Shown here piece after piece: positions 7,455-10,827 of a DNA stretch of 10,827 nucleotides. Each line of letters starts with the position of its first letter. The first letter of the stretch is position 1. Both the position numbers and the translations under genes were made by a program. This stretch comes from Promethearchaeota archaeon (GTDB lineage Archaea > Asgardarchaeota > Lokiarchaeia > Sigyniarchaeales > SOKP01). The notes beneath the pieces are model-generated. The model ran no database searches and was not told the DNA's origin. It worked only from the letters and a program-made list of their open reading frames with translations. The DNA is taken from NCBI GenBank assembly GCA_011364975.1, contig RDOE01000099.1:1-10827 (forward strand), in the 5' to 3' direction.

Positions 7455-7967
7455 TTACTTTAATTTGGTCCCATGCTTTGCTAAAAATTTTATGATATTT
7501 TTACCGTGCTTGAGGACATATTGATTACTTGATTTACTTCCGCAAGATCTACATTTAAAATCATAAGCAGAATTAATTATGCCGCAATCAGAGCATGAAT
7601 AATAGGCAATCTTCTTTTCCATCCATTTATCAAAGCCTTCATTTTTAAGGTAATTTTGATCTTCCCATAGTTCAAATCGGTGTGCTCCCGCTGCTTGAAA
7701 GTTTTTTATTTCTTCGCAAGGATAATTATCACACTCTCCACAAAAATCTACTCCTTTTTCCTGGGCACATGGATACATTTTGCAGGTATCACAGTAAGGA
7801 ATTCGTTTTTCTGAGCGGCATCCATAACATTTCATTTCATCAATAGTAATACCAAATTGCTTAGCTAAAACTTCAAGACGTTTGGGATCTTCTTGTGTAG
7901 CAATAAAAACAGTACAAGCAGGGCAAAATAACCCACATACAGCCGCATGAGTTTTATTATATTGCAT
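7455..7967 (-). CDS. DUF3795 Cys-rich protein with C-terminal zinc ribbon
   Basis: AVCGLFCPAC, CYGCRS, CDTCKMYPCAQEKGVDFCGECDNYPC, then CSDC...CRSC (15 Cys). ATG 7967 (MQYNK) is preferred over the track's 8027, because the intervening DNA is AT-rich and promoter-like. Confidence 0.85.
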   Translation of the reverse strand: MQYNKTHAAVCGLFCPACTVFIATQEDPKRLEVLAKQFGITIDEMKCYGCRSEKRIPYCDTCKMYPCAQEKGVDFCGECDNYPCEEIKNFQAAGAHRFELWEDQNYLKNEGFDKWMEKKIAYYSCSDCGIINSAYDFKCRSCGSKSSNQYVLKHGKNIIKFLAKHGTKLK

Positions 7968-8038
7968 ATTAAGAGAAAATAATCCTTTACTTTTTAATAT
8001 TAAACTTATATCACTAAATTTGGGCATTTAATTTATTT

Positions 8039-8055
8039 AAAAAAAATAAAAAAAA
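8039..8055 (-). terminator. Oligo-T terminator of the 6-TM protein gene
   Basis: T8-A-T8 on the - strand, 11 nt after the stop at 8067. Confidence 0.55.
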
Positions 8056-8066
8056 TAGTGATTAAA

Positions 8067-8720
8067 TTAAATTAAGAGAGAAAAGTAGCTTAAATTTAAT
8101 ACTAGCGATATCCCACTTGCAATCAACATAATAATACTTCCCACTAGCAAGAGGTTATCCTTAAACTTTATTGAGTGTACTAAAATAAAAATTATAGCAA
8201 TATTCCCTATTATGCTTGAAATAGTTGAAATGAGAATAAATATTAAATAATTTGATATAATATCTAAACCAGAAATAGTAGAAAGGACTTCATAGAAATT
8301 GCTTAGTAGTACTATTGCCATTAAAGTATACAGGATCATAAAAATAATGCCAGCATACCTAAGAAAATTATGATATACTTCTCTATTTCTCATACCAAAA
8401 AAGTAAAATCCTAGGCCATAAGTGATAAAATATGGTAAAAATTCTAAAATATCTCTAAATACATTGTATGAAATGTATAATTGTTCTTCTAATGGAGTAT
8501 AAATACCAGTTAGAAGCATTATAGGAAGAAAAATGGCTATTACATAAAATATAATGTTTGCCAGACCTAGATTTACCAAAATTTTTGGTGATTTTACATT
8601 CTCTTGTTGATTTTTTCCTGAAAGAATTATTAATACGTTAAAGGCTATTGGTATTGCAAATAAAATCCAATTAAAGAGATTAAAAAATAAAAATTGCGGA
8701 AAATAAACTTGTAGTCCTAT
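8067..8720 (-). CDS. Hypothetical integral membrane protein (~6 TM, 217 aa if started at ATA 8720; 170 aa from TTG 8579)
   Basis: The frame stays open 49 codons upstream of TTG 8579, up to TGA 8729-8727, and encodes an extra hydrophobic helix. The SD-like GAGGGTGA at 8734-8727 lies 6 nt before ATA 8720. Confidence 0.7.
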   Translation of the reverse strand: MGLQVYFPQFLFFNLFNWILFAIPIAFNVLIILSGKNQQENVKSPKILVNLGLANIIFYVIAIFLPIMLLTGIYTPLEEQLYISYNVFRDILEFLPYFITYGLGFYFFGMRNREVYHNFLRYAGIIFMILYTLMAIVLLSNFYEVLSTISGLDIISNYLIFILISTISSIIGNIAIIFILVHSIKFKDNLLLVGSIIMLIASGISLVLNLSYFSLLI

Positions 8721-8726
8721 AATTTC

Positions 8727-8734
8727 TCACCCTC
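8727..8734 (-). promoter_or_regulatory. Shine-Dalgarno-like site
   Basis: GAGGGTGA on the - strand, close to the archaeal GGAGGTGA, in very AT-rich surroundings. A TATA-like TTATTAAA lies at 8768-8761. Confidence 0.55.
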
Positions 8735-9027
8735 TAATGCGATATGAATGAATATTTCTATTTAATAATCTTCTATTAAATTGATATAATAAATGTTTTG
8801 GATCATCTTGGTATTCTAAAATTTAGTTAGCAAAAGTTTCAACGTTATTTTTGGATTAAAGCTAAAAAATCATGAATTACTTTTTGCTATCATAATTAAT
8901 GTTATTAATAGATTTTTGGGATTAATTTGAACTTAACTCTTTCTTTATATTCTCTATATCCTTGAAGATAATTGTATATAAAAAATAGTAAGAGTACTCA
9001 TTAAAACAATATATAATAAAATTATCC

Positions 9028-9855
9028 TTAAATCTTTTTATTAATATCTTCTCTTCCTAACGCTGTACAATAAAGGTCCCATTCTCTGATTGCTGAAACA
9101 AGATTAATAAATTGCTTTTTGAAGTTAATAATTGTCGAATATTCATTGAAATAATATTTGGGTTTAATGTAACCCATAAATTTTTCTTCTATAGTTCTTC
9201 TTGGCAACCATCTTTTTTCATTAATTTCTCTAAAATGATCAAGTTTACTTTGATCCAAATCTGAAAATAATCTGTTTGATTTCATATGAATTTTAACTAA
9301 ATGAGAATCAAGAATTTTGTGTTTAAGTAATCGAATTTCCAAGCTAAAAATGATATAGTAATCTGGATTTAATTTAACAATAAACTCATCATTTAATTTT
9401 CCGCTTAATATTGGTATAATAAGAATTAGGAGTAGGTATACTATAAAAATTCTTGAAAAAGCAAGAATGATTAAATAATTGGAAGAAAAATAGATTGTAA
9501 GTATTATTAGTATTATAGTAATGTAGTAAAAGGTAAGATTGATAATTATTATTGGATTTTTCTTAAATCGCTTTTTAAGTGATACCCTAGCATAAGACAA
9601 AGAGAAGATATAATAATAACTAAACAAAACAGCAAGAAAAGAACTAATTAAGGCGCTCATAAATGGAAATTGATCGTTTGTAAATAAATCCTTGAAAAAT
9701 AGTGAAGACATCAATAATACAATTAATAGACTTAACAATAAGAACTTTTTAAACAAATTTTTAACATATTCTTCTTTAAATTTATTACTTAAATTAATAA
9801 ATTTTTTCTCATCATCCAAGATTAGATTTGGAGTGATTTCATTATTATTATTCAC
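9028..9855 (-). CDS. Hypothetical membrane protein (4 TM + ~120-aa soluble C-terminal domain)
   Basis: 275 aa. The GTG start overlaps the upstream stop (GTGAATAA, 8 nt), with GGAGG at 9867-9863. Four hydrophobic segments precede a polar domain (RWLPRRT...PKYYFNEYS...AIREWD). Confidence 0.75.
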   Translation of the reverse strand: MNNNNEITPNLILDDEKKFINLSNKFKEEYVKNLFKKFLLLSLLIVLLMSSLFFKDLFTNDQFPFMSALISSFLAVLFSYYYIFSLSYARVSLKKRFKKNPIIIINLTFYYITIILIILTIYFSSNYLIILAFSRIFIVYLLLILIIPILSGKLNDEFIVKLNPDYYIIFSLEIRLLKHKILDSHLVKIHMKSNRLFSDLDQSKLDHFREINEKRWLPRRTIEEKFMGYIKPKYYFNEYSTIINFKKQFINLVSAIREWDLYCTALGREDINKKI

Positions 9856-10312
9856 TAGAATCCCTCCATAAACCTATTTTATCTTTCTCTTCTCTTGGTG
9901 AGGTCCAAAATTTTTCAACAATTTCACGAAATAACTTGAAATCAGGATTATCTGTTTCATTAAGTTTAACCATATGAAATTTGCTTGTCTTTTTGTTGAT
10001 CTTGATATATTTACTTTCTTTAAGTGTTTCAAACGCATGAAGTAGCTTCTCACGCCTATCAATATCTAAACAATTCATGATATCTGTTTTGGATATTACT
10101 TCCTCCGATTTTTGTAATTTTGCTAAACTCATAAGAACTTGGCCTCCTCGAATCGAAAAAATAGTAGTTAATTTATCAAAAATCCTACAAATTGAGTTTT
10201 GAATCTTTAACAGATCATTATAAAATTCAATTTTTTGATGACCCTTCAATCTAAGTTCAATTTCAAAATCATCTAATCCATACTTTTTTGTTAACTCATT
10301 AAAAGATTTCAT
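9848..10312 (-). CDS. Putative winged helix-turn-helix (MarR-like topology) DNA-binding protein
   Basis: GGQVLMSLAK (H1), ISKTDIMNCLDI (H2), REKLLHAFETLKESKYI (H3), KINKKTSKFHMVKLN (wing). Recognised by pattern only. Confidence 0.65.
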   Translation of the reverse strand: MKSFNELTKKYGLDDFEIELRLKGHQKIEFYNDLLKIQNSICRIFDKLTTIFSIRGGQVLMSLAKLQKSEEVISKTDIMNCLDIDRREKLLHAFETLKESKYIKINKKTSKFHMVKLNETDNPDFKLFREIVEKFWTSPREEKDKIGLWRDSSE

Positions 10313-10400
10313 CCTAATCAGAAAATTTTGATTTAAAAATATTAAACGTTTTATGTATATCTATGGCATTTAGGTATTTATTTTCATGTCTCTATAAATA

Positions 10401-10435
10401 TGGCTTAAAAGACATACTGTATGTCATTTAAACCA
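10401..10435. promoter_or_regulatory. 35-bp palindrome, candidate operator in a divergent promoter region
   Basis: TGG-c-TTAAA-a-GACATAC-t-GTATGTC-a-TTTAA-a-CCA, 15 of 17 symmetric pairs, centre 10418. Confidence 0.65.
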
Positions 10436-10519
10436 AAAACTTGACAAATACCTTTTTAAACATATTTATTATTAATAATTTTAGGAAATCACAAAGATGA
10501 TTATTAGAGTAAGATAGAA

Positions 10520-10827
10520 ATGAAAGAGAATTTTGAATTAGAGATGAATAGTTCAAAAACTGTTTTGTTTAACTTTGAATTGAATAGAACCCAAAGTACG
10601 ATCACCCTAATAATTTCCTTAATTGGTATATTTATACTACCATTGATATTAGCGAGCGAAATTTTTATAAATCTTTTTCAAAACATATTTGTAGCAATAC
10701 CTAGTTATTTTTCTGACCCGGAGCATTATGCGGAATTATACCTTTTCAACAATCTCGCCCCTAATATAACAAGAATGATAATTTTCAGCGTATTTTTATA
10801 TCTAAGCATTTATACCTTAAAAAAGCT
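10520..10827 (+). CDS. Hypothetical membrane protein, 3'-truncated by the window edge (absent from the ORF track)
   Basis: Manual translation from ATG 10520 is open to the end: MKENFELEMNSSKTVLFNFELNRTQSTITLIISLIGIFILPLILASEIFINLFQNIFVAIPSYFSDPEHYAELYLFNNLAPNITRMIIFSVFLYLSIYTLKK. At least 2 hydrophobic segments. Confidence 0.75.
   Translation, partial: MKENFELEMNSSKTVLFNFELNRTQSTITLIISLIGIFILPLILASEIFINLFQNIFVAIPSYFSDPEHYAELYLFNNLAPNITRMIIFSVFLYLSIYTLKK

Noticed and set aside
5263-7967. C_GCAxxG_C_C, GYD, propeller and DUF3795 genes as one redox or metal system
   Set aside because: They have separate promoter-like regions, gaps over 120 nt or convergent orientation. Nothing here shows functional linkage without synteny data.
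8727-8825. Readthrough of TGA 8729-8727 extending the 6-TM protein further
   Set aside because: The 31 codons upstream contain no ATG/GTG/TTG before a TAA at 8825-8823, and the TGA is part of the SD-like motif.
8790-9027. Short repeats (TTTTGGAT-like, TAGCAAAA/TTTTGCTA, GAGTACTC) in the long intergenic region
   Set aside because: Short, irregularly spaced and compatible with chance in very AT-rich DNA. I found no credible ORF or RNA gene.
9874-10062. Track ORF 9874..10062 (-)
   Set aside because: Alternative frame nested within the wHTH gene, with no independent support.
26-10312. All 11 complete CDSs end in TAA, raising possible stop-codon reassignment or selenoproteins
   Set aside because: The recognisable proteins are full length under the standard code, the Cys motifs use Cys codons, and TAA bias is expected at low GC.
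10441-10472. Bacterial sigma70 promoter (TTGACA at 10441)
   Set aside because: The best -10-like hexamer (TATTAT, 10467) is 20 nt away, and the other signals in the window look archaeal.

Overview
AT-rich, gene-dense window with 11 complete CDSs and one 3'-truncated CDS. Its signals look archaeal: TATA boxes about 30 nt before some apparently leaderless starts, oligo-T terminators and GGAGG/GGTGA-type ribosome-binding sites. Together with a stand-alone Roadblock/LC7 protein, this suggests an Asgard (Lokiarchaeia-like) chromosome, which is an inference only. Genes in order: Roadblock/LC7 protein, degenerate DUF362-like protein, membrane-embedded M28 metallopeptidase, GH3 beta-glucosidase, C_GCAxxG_C_C protein, GYD protein, membrane-anchored 7-repeat FG-GAP/VCBS beta-propeller, DUF3795 Cys-rich protein, a probable 6-TM protein that appears to start at a non-canonical ATA, a winged-HTH + 4-TM protein pair, and a divergent membrane-protein gene. 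I saw no rRNA, tRNA, CRISPR array or transposase. The best candidate for an undescribed system is the right-hand module: wHTH regulator, coupled membrane protein and divergent membrane protein, with a 35-bp palindrome at the midpoint of the shared intergenic region. All family calls come from motif recognition by eye, not from database searches.
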